Assembly: GCA_045593265.1 (NCBI GenBank)
Contig: JAZNWH010000089.1
Location: 741 to 64,740, forward strand
DNA: 64,000 nt
Source: Clostridia bacterium
GTDB taxonomy: Bacteria; Bacillota; Clostridia; RGIG6154
Direction of reading: 5' to 3'
Shown: positions 9,284 through 20,123 of the stretch, piece by piece
Numbering within the stretch: the first letter of the stretch is position 1
How the letters are laid out: every line of letters starts with the position of its first letter
Position numbers and translations under genes: made by a program
Notes under the pieces: model-generated
What the model was told of the DNA's origin: nothing
The model's database searches: none
The model's input: the letters and a program-made list of their open reading frames with translations, nothing else

Positions 9284-9312
9284 ATTTTACCACAAATTTC
9301 ATATAAAGTCAA
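9284..9312 (-). promoter_or_regulatory. Sigma-A promoter for lysK on the minus strand
   Basis: Read on the minus strand: TTGACT, 17-nt spacer, TGgTAAAAT (extended -10), about 45 nt upstream of the lysK start codon. Confidence 0.5.
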
Positions 9313-9342
9313 TAGAAACGGACCGCTAACGCGGTCCGTAAT

Positions 9343-9465
9343 TAAGTTGTTTAGTTATACGTCAATCTTTCATTGTTTAAATTTGAATGTATAACGGAAG
9401 AACTGAATCCGAAACTGTACATTGGTACAGTGAGTTTGGTGAAGTTGTTTCGTTATACGTCAAAT
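9343..9465. repeat. Two 22-25 nt direct repeats (AAGTTGTTT[A/C]GTTATACGTCAA) at 9343-9367 and 9441-9465, flanking a 73-bp segment; a third inverted CGTTATAC core lies at about 9400
   Basis: Direct observation; the second copy abuts the ftsZ stop codon; a hairpin acggaccgc..gcggtccgt lies at 9318-9340. Confidence 0.6.
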
Positions 9466-9467
9466 TT

Positions 9468-10664
9468 TTAGTCTTTCTTACGTCTTAAAAATGCAGGGAT
9501 GCCTAAATCATCGTCGTCTTCAACTGTTCCAACATTCTTAGGTTCTGTTGAAGCTACACCATTTGCTTCTCTTTCTTCACGAAGCTTTTCATAAAGTGAT
9601 TTTGCTTTTACAGGTTCTTCTGTAACAGGTGCTGCAGGAGTTACCTGTGGTTCAGGTGATGTGCCTAAAATACTGCCAAAACCTCCTGCAGGGAACTTAA
9701 GACCTGCACTTTTGGTTTCGAAACCTGTTGCAATAACAGTAACAGAAATATCTTCACCCATTTCAGGATTAATAGTAGCACCGAAAATTACGTTAGCTTC
9801 AGGGTCGATAAACTGCTGAACAAGTTCTGCAGCCTGTCTTACTTCGAGAATACCAAGATTTCCACCACAAATATTAAGTATAATACCCTTTGCGCCGTCA
9901 ATAGAGGTTTCAAGAATAGGACTCTTGATCGCTGCCATTGTAGCATCTTCAGCTCTGTTTTCACCTTTAGCAACACCGATACCCATATGTGCAAAACCTG
10001 AATTTTTCATAACAGACTGAACATCGGCAAAGTCAAGGTTGATAAATCCATGACCTGTGATAATATCAGAAATACTCTGAACACCCTGTTTCAATATATC
10101 ATTAGCCACATCAAAAGCATCAAGAAGAAGTGTATTTTTCTGTGAAATTTCAAACAATTTATCATTAGGAATTGTAATAAGTGTATCAACAGCTTCTTTC
10201 AAAGCTTCGATACCGTTAACAGCATTTTCAGCTCTTTTCTTACCTTCAAAGCTGAAAGGCTTGGTTACAATACCTACAGTAAGAATACCCATATCCTTAG
10301 CAATTTTTGCAACAACAGGAGCTGAACCTGTACCTGTTCCGCCTCCCATACCTGCAGTTACAAATACCATATTTGCACCTTCAAGCATCTGCTGAATTTC
10401 TGACTCGCTTTCCTCAGCTGCCTTTTTACCTACTTCAGGGTTGCCGCCTGCACCAAGTCCGTTGGTTAACTTTTTACCAATCTGAATTTTAATATCTGCC
10501 TGAGACACCATAAGGGTCTGTAAATCTGTATTTATAGCAATAAACTCTACGTCTTTTACGCCTGCGCTTATCATGGTTGCAATTGCATTATTTCCGCCGC
10601 CACCACAACCGATAACTTTGATTTTTGTTACGTTCATACTTGCTGTTTCAAAATCAATAGCCAT
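9468..10664 (-). CDS. ftsZ: Cell division GTPase FtsZ
   Basis: [17 protein letters not shown] tubulin signature; length 398 aa. Confidence 0.95.
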   Translation of the reverse strand: MAIDFETASMNVTKIKVIGCGGGGNNAIATMISAGVKDVEFIAINTDLQTLMVSQADIKIQIGKKLTNGLGAGGNPEVGKKAAEESESEIQQMLEGANMVFVTAGMGGGTGTGSAPVVAKIAKDMGILTVGIVTKPFSFEGKKRAENAVNGIEALKEAVDTLITIPNDKLFEISQKNTLLLDAFDVANDILKQGVQSISDIITGHGFINLDFADVQSVMKNSGFAHMGIGVAKGENRAEDATMAAIKSPILETSIDGAKGIILNICGGNLGILEVRQAAELVQQFIDPEANVIFGATINPEMGEDISVTVIATGFETKSAGLKFPAGGFGSILGTSPEPQVTPAAPVTEEPVKAKSLYEKLREEREANGVASTEPKNVGTVEDDDDLGIPAFLRRKKD

Positions 10665-10769
10665 TTTTATCCTCCTTACACCTTTTCTTTATAGTTACTT
10701 ATATTATAGTACATTTTTTCCAACTTGTAAATACAAAAAAATAATTTTTCTCATATTTATCATACTTTT

Positions 10770-11597
10770 TTATTCAGACGGAGTAAAAAGAGCCTCCCCT
10801 TCTGTTCTTAAATCAATGGTTCCTTTCTCGGATGGCGAAATTGATGCAATCGCCGATTCAAGCATAGCAAGTTTGTACTCAATACGATATACATTACCAA
10901 GGAGTACATTTTTGCTTCCGTCTATATTTAAAACAATATTATTTTTGTCTTTAACATTTATTGTTTTTACTCTTTCTTCAATCTTGTTTTCCTGAAGGTC
11001 AGTATATATTTCAACTGCCAGTTCAAGATTTTCCTTGAGGTTTTCGCCTATAAATGTACCAGGCTTTAATTTACCACACTTAAGACCTGCAATTTCCGTT
11101 AAATTGCCATATTCATAATCTTTTCCCGCAATTTCGAGAACTCTGCCCTCACGGTCAATAACCATATCTCCGGTAACCGATTTTATGTATCCAAAAGCCT
11201 CTCTTTCAGTTACTGAAATAATTATTCCTCCATTAGGATGTCTGTAAATCTTTGCATCCTGTATATATGGAATTTCCTTTATGAGATTTTTGGATTTTTT
11301 TATATTCACTCTGAACATATTCTGATTAAGCACAATATCAGATGCACTTTTTATCTGTGAGGGAAGTGTTTTCACATTCCCTTTAACATCAAACCACTTT
11401 ACATTGAAATAAGGGGACATCAATATCACAACAATTGTAAGAAATACAAGAATAATCAAAGCCTTTATTTTGGTATGCTTTTTCTTTTTTTCTCTGTTTT
11501 TACGTTTTTCCTGCAGGTCTATTATTTTACCTGAATTATTAGTGCTGTCTTTCATCCGTTTCTCTCCTGATATCTGCACCGAGACTTTTGAAAACAT
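10770..11597 (-). CDS. divIB: Cell division protein DivIB/FtsQ (POTRA domain)
   Basis: Basic N-terminus, single transmembrane segment, POTRA-like region; located between murA and ftsZ in the dcw cluster. Confidence 0.65.
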   Translation of the reverse strand: MFSKVSVQISGEKRMKDSTNNSGKIIDLQEKRKNREKKKKHTKIKALIILVFLTIVVILMSPYFNVKWFDVKGNVKTLPSQIKSASDIVLNQNMFRVNIKKSKNLIKEIPYIQDAKIYRHPNGGIIISVTEREAFGYIKSVTGDMVIDREGRVLEIAGKDYEYGNLTEIAGLKCGKLKPGTFIGENLKENLELAVEIYTDLQENKIEERVKTINVKDKNNIVLNIDGSKNVLLGNVYRIEYKLAMLESAIASISPSEKGTIDLRTEGEALFTPSE

Positions 11598-12813
11598 TTT
11601 CTATTTTTTCATAGCCGCGGTCTATAAAATTTACATTTGTAATTGTAGTTACACCCTCTGCCTTGAGTCCTGCCAAAACAAGTGCTGCACCTCCACGCAG
11701 TTCCTCTGCTTCAACATTTGCACCAAAAAGTGTTTCTACTCCGTTTATAAATGCACCTGTACCTACCACATTTATATCTGCACCCATTTTTCTGAGTTGT
11801 CGGCAGTATCGAAATCTGTCCGAAAAAATATTTTCACGAATAAGACTTTTCCCCTTTGAACAACACATACATACCGTAATAACAGGTTGTGCATCAGTAG
11901 GAAAACCAGGATATACAGATGTTTCAATCAAAGCTTTTGCCTTCAGTACTCCTGAAGACCTGAGAAGAAGCTTTCCATCTGCATAATTTTTTATACTGCA
12001 CCCCGAATACTCAAGCACATCACAAACAGTATTTATATACTCCCGAGAACCTCCGCTAATCACAATTTCTCCACCACAAAGCGCTGTAGCAGTAAGATAA
12101 GTAGCACAGGCAATTCTGTCTGTCATAACTGTATAGCAGCAGCCTCTTAATCGCTTTACTCCCTCGATTACTATTTTGCTTGTGCCTGCCCCGGAAATTT
12201 TTCCGCCAATAGTGTTAATAAAATTCTGTAAATCAACTATTTCAGGTTCCTTTGCCGCATTTTCAATAACTGTAATACCATCGCTTACACAAGATGCAAG
12301 CATAACATTTTCAGTTGCTCCAACACTTGGGAAATCAAGAACAATTTTCCCCGGTTTTATTTTATCACAAAAACAAAATATTACATTCTGTGCCTCTTCT
12401 ATTTCTACACCAAGCTTACGAAGTGCCTTTATATGTATATCTATAGGTCTTGCACCTAAATCACATCCTCCGGGATAAGTAATTACAGCTTTACCGAAAC
12501 GGGAAACAACAGCTCCCAGAAACATTACCGATGAACGCATCTTTTCCATAAGATTGCTTGGTATTATATACTTATCTGCAGAAGATGAGTCTATAGTTGC
12601 TATATTGTTTTGAAAACTTACCTTACACCCAAGATATTTTAAAATATCAGAAGCTACTGAAACATCGCTTAAGTCAGGACAATTTAAAAGACTGCATACT
12701 CCGTCTGCAAGAATACAAGCTGCCATAATCGGAAGAACTGCATTTTTGGCACCCTGCAGCGTAATCTCACCCACAAGAGGCTTTTTACCATTTATAATCA
12801 ATCTGTCATTCAC
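11539..12813 (-). CDS. murA: UDP-N-acetylglucosamine 1-carboxyvinyltransferase
   Basis: MNDRLIINGKKPLVGEITLQGAKNAVLPIMAA..GGCDLGARPID active-site region. Confidence 0.9.
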   Translation of the reverse strand: MNDRLIINGKKPLVGEITLQGAKNAVLPIMAACILADGVCSLLNCPDLSDVSVASDILKYLGCKVSFQNNIATIDSSSADKYIIPSNLMEKMRSSVMFLGAVVSRFGKAVITYPGGCDLGARPIDIHIKALRKLGVEIEEAQNVIFCFCDKIKPGKIVLDFPSVGATENVMLASCVSDGITVIENAAKEPEIVDLQNFINTIGGKISGAGTSKIVIEGVKRLRGCCYTVMTDRIACATYLTATALCGGEIVISGGSREYINTVCDVLEYSGCSIKNYADGKLLLRSSGVLKAKALIETSVYPGFPTDAQPVITVCMCCSKGKSLIRENIFSDRFRYCRQLRKMGADINVVGTGAFINGVETLFGANVEAEELRGGAALVLAGLKAEGVTTITNVNFIDRGYEKIENVFKSLGADIRRETDERQH

Positions 12814-12872
12814 AGAAAATCCACCTTTACACCTTTATGCTTTATAGTATGCCAAAAGTGTAAAGTGGTGAA

Positions 12873-14069
12873 TTATTGATTTTTAGAAATATTTAAAACA
12901 ATTCCCATAGATGCAAGCATAAATACAAGAGCCGAACCACCGTAGCTGAAGAATGGCAGCGATACTCCTGTGTTTGGAATAAGTCCTGTTACTACGCCTA
13001 TATTCAATGTAACCTGTACCGTTATCAGGGTAATAATACCAACAACCACCATAGCGCTGTAGGTATCTTTACAATTAAGTGCGATTACAATTCCCCTGTA
13101 AATTAAAACAGCAAAGAGCAAAATTACTGATAATGCTCCAAAGAAACCAAGTTCTTCACATATTATTGAGAATATAAAGTCATTCTGTGGTTCAGGTATA
13201 TATAAAAATTTCTGTCTGCTCTGTCCAAGTCCTAAACCAAAAAGTCCTCCTGAACCAATAGCGTAGAAAGACTGGACTACCTGATAACGTTCATCTTTAG
13301 CATATTTAAATGGGTCAAGATAAGACTCAAGTCTTTCCATTGTATAACCTTTGGAAAAAGCAAAACCTGCCAGAACTGCTATGCCTGCTGACGCAGTAGC
13401 CAACAGATAACTCCACTTAACTCCGCCTACAATAAACAGTATACCTGCTACCATACAAATAAGAATTGTACAGCTAAGGTGTGGCTGAAGGAGAAGTATC
13501 AAACAAATAATACCCAATACCAGTACATATTTACCAAAGTCCTTAACATAATTTACTGCGAAATCAGTAAGGGAATTTGCTCTCGGAGACCACTTTTGTT
13601 TTGAAAGTCGGTCTGCAAGAAAAATTATAAGTGCAATCTTTATCATTTCCGATGGCTGAATACCCATAGAACCTATGCCAAGCCATCTTTTTGCACCTTT
13701 AGTTGCAGGCATAAGCAAAGTAAGTGCTGTTGCGAGAATTGAAACGGTTATCAAAAACTTACTGTATTTCTGATAAATACGTGCATCTATAAAGGTTGTA
13801 ACAGTCATTGCGCAAAGACCTATACCAACCCAGAAGATTTGTCTTTTTACGAAATAATATGCGTCCCCCATTTGTGATTGTGCTGGAGGTGCTGACGCAC
13901 TGAAGCACATTATTATTCCGTAAGTAATCAGCACAATAAGAACTGTAAGAAATGCACTATCACAGCCTTTATACACAGATGCTATTTTTATTGTATTCTT
14001 TTTCTTTCTTCTACTTTTCACTTGATACACTCCGTTTAAATTATAACTGAAACTGCAGAAATAATACAC
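12873..14069 (-). CDS. ftsW: FtsW/RodA/SpoVE (SEDS) family peptidoglycan polymerase
   Basis: Polytopic membrane protein of 398 aa with a SEDS-family C-terminal region; in dcw context. Confidence 0.8.
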   Translation of the reverse strand: MYYFCSFSYNLNGVYQVKSRRKKKNTIKIASVYKGCDSAFLTVLIVLITYGIIMCFSASAPPAQSQMGDAYYFVKRQIFWVGIGLCAMTVTTFIDARIYQKYSKFLITVSILATALTLLMPATKGAKRWLGIGSMGIQPSEMIKIALIIFLADRLSKQKWSPRANSLTDFAVNYVKDFGKYVLVLGIICLILLLQPHLSCTILICMVAGILFIVGGVKWSYLLATASAGIAVLAGFAFSKGYTMERLESYLDPFKYAKDERYQVVQSFYAIGSGGLFGLGLGQSRQKFLYIPEPQNDFIFSIICEELGFFGALSVILLFAVLIYRGIVIALNCKDTYSAMVVVGIITLITVQVTLNIGVVTGLIPNTGVSLPFFSYGGSALVFMLASMGIVLNISKNQ

Positions 14070-14998
14070 ATAATCAAAGTAACTGCCGAAAATGCATATA
14101 CAATTTTCACTTCACTCATACCTTTTTTCTCATAGTGATGATGTATAGGTGCCATTAAAAATACTCGTTTACCTGTTGACTTGAAGCTTATTACCTGAAT
14201 AATTACCGATAAAGCCTCAACAACATAAATAAGACCTACAAGCACAAGACATAATTCAAGTTTAAGATTAATTGCCATAACTGACACTGCACCACCGAGA
14301 AATAATGAGCCTGTGTCTCCCATAAATACTTTTGCGGGGTAAAAATTATAAATAAGAAAGCCTACAAGACCACCTGCTAACGCACAGGCAAAATATGAAT
14401 TTGTCAATTCTCTCATCATTATTGATGCAAAAGTGAAAAATGCACACACAACAACTGTAACACTTGTTGCAAGTCCGTCAAGTCCGTCTGTTAAATTTAC
14501 AGCATTGGTAACTCCTACCATGAATACTGTTATAAAAGGAATATACGCCCAACCTACATCAAATACAATTTTGGTAAAAGGAATTGAAAGGGTTGTATCA
14601 GTATATCCTGCTTTCGTAACAAACAAACCAAAAGCTACAGAAATAAGAATTTGAAAAATGAGTTTTTGCTTTGCAGTTAATCCAAGATTTCTTTTAAGCC
14701 TGATTTTTATAAAATCATCAATAAAACCTACTAAACCGTATAATGCAGAAGCAATAATACCTGCTCTGAGTTTATTGTCAGGGCATATTATAAATGAAAC
14801 AATTACCGAAACCAAAAGAAAAGCAATGCCACCCATAGTCGGAGTTCCATTCTTTTTTGCATGCCATGCAGGCCCCTCATCTCGTATAACCTGACCGAAC
14901 TTCATACGTCTGAGTAATGGAATAAGAAATGGCATAATTACTGCTACAGCAACAAATGAAACAAAAAAGCTGACATAATTCATAAATTCCATCTCCAT
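14036..14998 (-). CDS. mraY: Phospho-N-acetylmuramoyl-pentapeptide transferase
   Basis: MraY motifs (..GLDGLA.. and DTGSLFLGG-like); 320 aa; 10 transmembrane segments. Confidence 0.9.
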   Translation of the reverse strand: MEMEFMNYVSFFVSFVAVAVIMPFLIPLLRRMKFGQVIRDEGPAWHAKKNGTPTMGGIAFLLVSVIVSFIICPDNKLRAGIIASALYGLVGFIDDFIKIRLKRNLGLTAKQKLIFQILISVAFGLFVTKAGYTDTTLSIPFTKIVFDVGWAYIPFITVFMVGVTNAVNLTDGLDGLATSVTVVVCAFFTFASIMMRELTNSYFACALAGGLVGFLIYNFYPAKVFMGDTGSLFLGGAVSVMAINLKLELCLVLVGLIYVVEALSVIIQVISFKSTGKRVFLMAPIHHHYEKKGMSEVKIVYAFSAVTLIMCIISAVSVII

Positions 14999-15003
14999 TC
15001 TCC

Positions 15004-16374
15004 TTAAAAGTGTACTATATGCTCTGTGATTTCTTCAAATTTCATACTTCTTGATGCTTTAACAAGCACCACATCCCCTTCTTCGATAAAGGCATCACAA
15101 AAATTTATAACTTCCTGGTTGTTTTTAAAGGATTTGCATTTATCCTTTGGAAATCCTTTTTCCACTGCACTTTTCACTATGTTTTCGCTTGCCTGACCTA
15201 CGGTAATAAGAAAATCTGCTTTTGATGCTACAACATATTCGCCAACAAGCTTGTGTGCATATTCAGAATAATCGCCAAGCTCAAGCATATCGCCAAGTAT
15301 TGCTATTTTCCTTCCTTTTTTATCAATCTGAGCAAGTATTTTCAGTCCTGCCTCAACCGATGACGGACTGGCATTATAACAATCGTTGATTACCGTTACG
15401 CCTCTTTCTTCAATAATATTCTGTCTCATTTTTCCAGGTTTATAATTACAGAAGGCTGTAACTATTTCTTTATCAGAAACATTATATTTTTTAGCAACAC
15501 AATATGCAGCTAAAGCATTCTTTACATTGTGTGTACCTAAAACAGGTATTGATATATGAAGCTTTTTCTTACCATGGCATATATCAAATTCTGTAACATT
15601 GGCACCTTGCTCTATATTTTCAGCAATAACATCACAATTTTCATTATCAATTCCGTAAGTAATTATTTCTTTGTCGGTCATATTCTTAATTTCCCACAAC
15701 AAATCATCATCACCACAGAAAACAACATAACCGTCTTTGGGCAGATATTCAAGCATTTCGGTTTTGGCTTTTAATATATTTTCCCTTGAACCAAGCTTTT
15801 CAATATGCGAAAGCCCTATATTGGTAAATACTGCTGTTTGCGGTTTTACAATCTTTGCAAGATAATCAATTTCACCAAAACCTGACATTCCCATTTCTGT
15901 TACGCCGATTTCATCAAATTCGCCAAGACGCAGAACAGTAAGAGGAAGTCCGATATTATTGTTAAAATTACCTATAGTTTTCAATACTCTGTACTTTTCC
16001 TCAAGAGCACAGCTAATCATATCCTTTGTAGTTGTTTTTCCTACACTTCCTGTTATACCAACAAAAGGAATATCAAATTTATTTCTGTAATAAAGTGCAA
16101 TATCGCCAAGTGCCTTTGTTGTATCATCTACCAAAATTAAATCACAAGACGCATCAATTCTTTTTGAAACAACACAGCAAGATGCACCATTTAATGCTGC
16201 ATCCTCAACATAATCATTTCCGTCAAAACGTTCGCCTACTATAGCAACAAATAACGCCCCCTGTTGCTTTGCTCTTGAATCTGTACTTATATCTGTAAGT
16301 ACACGATTAGGATTTCCCTTAAGAAGTGTACCTTTAGTTGCCTGTAATATATCCAAAACAGTCATATTCTGCAT
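15004..16374 (-). CDS. murF: UDP-MurNAc-tripeptide--D-alanyl-D-alanine ligase
   Basis: GITGSVGKTTTK P-loop; Mur ligase domains. Confidence 0.85.
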   Translation of the reverse strand: MQNMTVLDILQATKGTLLKGNPNRVLTDISTDSRAKQQGALFVAIVGERFDGNDYVEDAALNGASCCVVSKRIDASCDLILVDDTTKALGDIALYYRNKFDIPFVGITGSVGKTTTKDMISCALEEKYRVLKTIGNFNNNIGLPLTVLRLGEFDEIGVTEMGMSGFGEIDYLAKIVKPQTAVFTNIGLSHIEKLGSRENILKAKTEMLEYLPKDGYVVFCGDDDLLWEIKNMTDKEIITYGIDNENCDVIAENIEQGANVTEFDICHGKKKLHISIPVLGTHNVKNALAAYCVAKKYNVSDKEIVTAFCNYKPGKMRQNIIEERGVTVINDCYNASPSSVEAGLKILAQIDKKGRKIAILGDMLELGDYSEYAHKLVGEYVVASKADFLITVGQASENIVKSAVEKGFPKDKCKSFKNNQEVINFCDAFIEEGDVVLVKASRSMKFEEITEHIVHF

Positions 16375-17816
16375 TACTTACTCTCCCTTATTTTATCTCT
16401 TATTTCATAAAGTATTTCTTCTTCATCAAAATGGAAGTTTTCTTTTCCTATGGTCTGATATGTTTCGTGGCCTTTGCCTGCCAGAACAATTACATCGTCT
16501 TTTTGTGCAGTTCTGACTGCATATTCAATAGCATCACGCCTGTTTTCTATAACTGTATAATTTTCTTTGTTAATTCCTGTTAAAATCTGATTTATAATTT
16601 CAGTTGGATTTTCAGTTCTCGGATTGTCAGAAGTTACTATACAATAATCAGCAAGACTTGACGCTATACTTCCCATCAAAGGACGTTTCTTATTATCACG
16701 GTCTCCGCCGCAACCAAACAGAATTACAACTCTGCCTTTCGCAAAACCTTTTACCGTCTTTAATATATTTTCAATTCCGTCAGGAGTATGTGCGTAGTCA
16801 ATTAAAACTGTAAAATCAAACCCCAAATCAACAACCTGTGCCCTTCCTCTTACACCTGATGCTTTACTAAGTCCGGAAGCTATAACTTTACTGTCAAGAC
16901 CTAACGCACGGCATACCGATATAGCACACAAAGCATTGTAAACAGAAAATTTTCCCGGTATAGCAAGCTTGTAACTTGTATTATCTGCACAAAAACTGAT
17001 ACCGCTTGCACCATATTCGATGTTTTCTGCTTTTACATCGCAACAATTATCAATACCAAAGGTTAAAATATCACAGGTTGCTTTTGAAAGTAACTTTTCA
17101 CAGGCCTCATCATCTGCATTGATAACACCTTTTTTACACATAGTAAAAAGAATTGCTTTTGCATCAAGATAATTTTCCATAGTTTTATGAAAATCAAGAT
17201 GATCCTGAGTAAGATTTGTAAACGCACCTATATCAAATTCACATCCATATACTCTGTCGAGATACAATGAATGAGACGATACTTCCATTATAACTGTATC
17301 ACATTTTTCGTCTGCCATTTGTCTGAAAAGACGATTAAGTTCAAAGGAATCAGGGGTTGTTCTTTCTGTTTTAAAAACCTTATCCCCAATCATATTCTGA
17401 TTTGTACCTATTAGACCAACCTTATGTCCGCAATTTTCAAGAATTGTTTTAATAAGATAAGTAACTGTAGTTTTTCCGTTTGTTCCTGTTATACCTATTA
17501 ATTTAAATTCCTTTGTTGGGTTTTTATAAAAGCCTGCACATAAAACTGCAAAAATGCGTCTTGTATCCTTCACTTTTACAACAGGGATATCTGTCTCAAC
17601 GTCATCCTCTGCGACAATAACACAAGCACCTTTTTCACAGGCTTTTGCTGCGAACATATGTCCGTCGGTTTCATACCCTTTTATACATACGAACACAAAA
17701 TCTTTTTCTACAAGACGTGAATCACAGGCAACTCCTGTTATTTCCATGTCTGCATTACCCTGATATTCTATTGTTCCGAGTAAATCCTTTAGTTTCATAT
17801 ATCCACCCTTATTCAA
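16374..17816 (-). CDS. murE: UDP-MurNAc-L-Ala-D-Glu--2,6-diaminopimelate (or Lys) ligase
   Basis: GITGTNGKTT P-loop; Mur ligase middle and C-terminal domains. Confidence 0.85.
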   Translation of the reverse strand: MNKGGYMKLKDLLGTIEYQGNADMEITGVACDSRLVEKDFVFVCIKGYETDGHMFAAKACEKGACVIVAEDDVETDIPVVKVKDTRRIFAVLCAGFYKNPTKEFKLIGITGTNGKTTVTYLIKTILENCGHKVGLIGTNQNMIGDKVFKTERTTPDSFELNRLFRQMADEKCDTVIMEVSSHSLYLDRVYGCEFDIGAFTNLTQDHLDFHKTMENYLDAKAILFTMCKKGVINADDEACEKLLSKATCDILTFGIDNCCDVKAENIEYGASGISFCADNTSYKLAIPGKFSVYNALCAISVCRALGLDSKVIASGLSKASGVRGRAQVVDLGFDFTVLIDYAHTPDGIENILKTVKGFAKGRVVILFGCGGDRDNKKRPLMGSIASSLADYCIVTSDNPRTENPTEIINQILTGINKENYTVIENRRDAIEYAVRTAQKDDVIVLAGKGHETYQTIGKENFHFDEEEILYEIRDKIRESK

Positions 17817-20058
17817 GACCTAAATGTCTTAGTTTCACATAAACAACCGTACCTTTTGGAGCCTTTGTTCCTGCTGCAGGGTCCTGTTGGGAAATTACTG
17901 CTTCTCCGTCAACACTCTGTGCACCTGTAAGCTTCATATTAAATCCATTATTAATCAAGGCTGTATTTGCTCCAAGCAATGACATATTGGAAACATCAGG
18001 AACAGTCAGCATTTCCTGTTCTCCCTCTGTTGTATATGCGTATATACTTGCACCCTTTTTCAGACGGGCACTGCTTTTGGGAACTTGTGTTATTACGTTG
18101 TCTCCATCACCAATGAAATGAAGCATAAAGCCTGCTTCACCTGCTTTGTTTAAAGCCTCGCCTCTTGAAAGTCCTGTTATTTCAGGTATACTTACACCCT
18201 GTTCGCTTGCTTCTGTGTCAGAAAAACTCTTATTTACACCAATATACGGAAGTATATCTTCCATTATATTTCCCATAAGAGGACCTGCTATAACACCACC
18301 AAAATACTGTCCGCCTTCAGGTTCATCAAGAATAACCAATACTGCAACCTGTGGGTCGTTGGCAGGTGCAAATCCAATCATTGATGCAATTTTCTTACCT
18401 GCACTTCTTGGCTGTTTTTCGGATGTTCCTGTTTTGCCGCCTATACGGTATCCCTCTACATAAGCATTTTTACCAGAGCCTACAGACACAACATCCTCAA
18501 GAAGTGTACACATTATCTGGCTTGTTTCTTTTGAAATAATCTGTTTTACAAATTCCCCTTCATATTCTTCTACAATATTACCCTCACTGTCAACCAAGCT
18601 TTTAACCATATGAGGTTTCATATATTTGCCACCGTTAACTACTGCAGAAACTGCTGAAACAAGCTGTATTGGGGTAACCTGAAAACCCTGACCGAAAGAG
18701 GTAGTTGCTACTTCTACAGGTCCCATTATACTTGGTTGAAAAAACACACCTGACTCTTCACCCGGAAGGTCAATTCCTGTTTTAGTTTTAAGGCCAAAAC
18801 CTGCTGTATAATCAGAAAATCTTGTAGCACCTACTCTTGCACCTATATCCATAAAAGCAGGGTTACAGGAATTCTGAATTGCCTGTGAAAAACTCTGCAT
18901 ACCGTGTCCGCCCGATTTCCAGCAATGGATATTGCTTCCCGCAACATTTTTCACACCTGAACAATAAAAGCTGTCGGTTACGTTTACAAGATTTTCTTCA
19001 AGTGCAATTGCTGAGGTTACAATTTTAAAAGTAGACCCCGGCTCATATGTATCGCTTACGGCTTTGTTTTTCCACATTTTATTCCGTGCTATACCAAGTT
19101 GTTTTGTATATTCCTCTTCGTCTGTTTTCTTTATTTCTTCAAGCATTTCCTTTGTTGCTTCGTCAGTTATCTCAAAGGGTTTATTCAGGTCAAAGTCAGG
19201 CTTTGTAGCCATTGCAAGAATTTCCCCTGTTTTAACATCCATTACTATTGCAGCCGCTCCGTTTTTAACGTCATTTTCTATAAGAGCTGTTTCAAGATGC
19301 TTTTCCACAAAATGCTGAATAACCTCATCGATAGTAAGAACTACACTAAGCCCATCTTCAGAACTAAAATACTTTTCATACTTATATGGCATACTTGAAC
19401 CTACGGAATCTGCAGCAGAAATTACTCTTCCTGATTTTCCTGTAAGAATTTCATCATACTTATACTCTATGCCGCCAAGCCCCTGATTGTCTTTTCCTGT
19501 AAAGCCTATGATATGGGCTGCAAAATTATTGAAAGGATAATATCTTTTTGAATCTTCCAGTAAAGTAACCCCGGGAAGATTTTTCATATTTGCAAAAAGT
19601 GCGTCAGATTCATCTTTTTCTATTTTTGATTTAATTTCCACATAATCGCTTGCAGTATTTGATACTTTCTTAAGTACCTCCTCATAATCAAGCTTAAGTA
19701 TCTGCGACAGTGTCTTGGCAACACTGATTGCTCTTCCGTTTACCTTGCATATTTCAGAAGGGCTTGCAACTACAGTATAAACTGTTGCACTCACAGCGAG
19801 AGGCTTCATATTACGGTCATAAATAGTTCCTCTCTTGGAATTTATTATTTTATCACGGGTCTGCTGAGCGATTGCCCACTGCTTATATTTTACCCCATCT
19901 ATAAGCTGAACCTTTGCGGTATTTGCTGTTATGGCAAAAAGCATAGCCAGAAAAATACAGGTTATGCCAAGAATTCTTTTTCTCAATTTTCTGAGATTGC
20001 TTTTATTGCCGTTTTCCACGTTCCTACCTCCGCAAAAATTATTCTTTATTGAAAACAC
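17809..20058 (-). CDS. Class B penicillin-binding protein / transpeptidase with C-terminal PASTA domains (SpoVD/PBP2B-like)
   Basis: STFK, SCN and KTGT transpeptidase motifs; PASTA-like C-terminal repeats; dcw context. Confidence 0.85.
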   Translation of the reverse strand: MFSIKNNFCGGRNVENGNKSNLRKLRKRILGITCIFLAMLFAITANTAKVQLIDGVKYKQWAIAQQTRDKIINSKRGTIYDRNMKPLAVSATVYTVVASPSEICKVNGRAISVAKTLSQILKLDYEEVLKKVSNTASDYVEIKSKIEKDESDALFANMKNLPGVTLLEDSKRYYPFNNFAAHIIGFTGKDNQGLGGIEYKYDEILTGKSGRVISAADSVGSSMPYKYEKYFSSEDGLSVVLTIDEVIQHFVEKHLETALIENDVKNGAAAIVMDVKTGEILAMATKPDFDLNKPFEITDEATKEMLEEIKKTDEEEYTKQLGIARNKMWKNKAVSDTYEPGSTFKIVTSAIALEENLVNVTDSFYCSGVKNVAGSNIHCWKSGGHGMQSFSQAIQNSCNPAFMDIGARVGATRFSDYTAGFGLKTKTGIDLPGEESGVFFQPSIMGPVEVATTSFGQGFQVTPIQLVSAVSAVVNGGKYMKPHMVKSLVDSEGNIVEEYEGEFVKQIISKETSQIMCTLLEDVVSVGSGKNAYVEGYRIGGKTGTSEKQPRSAGKKIASMIGFAPANDPQVAVLVILDEPEGGQYFGGVIAGPLMGNIMEDILPYIGVNKSFSDTEASEQGVSIPEITGLSRGEALNKAGEAGFMLHFIGDGDNVITQVPKSSARLKKGASIYAYTTEGEQEMLTVPDVSNMSLLGANTALINNGFNMKLTGAQSVDGEAVISQQDPAAGTKAPKGTVVYVKLRHLGLE

Positions 20059-20123
20059 AGGAGATTTACATTTTTGTAAACCTCCCGATTGTGTCTGCCT
20101 CTACTGTTTATATAATGCATTTA

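Noticed and set aside
9343-9465. Possible CRISPR array
   Set aside because: There are only two direct repeats of about 24 nt with a 73-nt spacer, and no cas genes in the window. This is not a CRISPR locus.
10573-12478. Plus-strand ORFs of 100-140 aa within ftsZ, divIB and murA
   Set aside because: Antisense to conserved genes, with low-complexity translations.
12814-12872. Inverted repeat ccacctttacac .. gtgtaaagtggtg between ftsW and murA
   Set aside because: The stem is imperfect and the loop is about 30 nt. It lies inside an operon, and no functional inference is possible.
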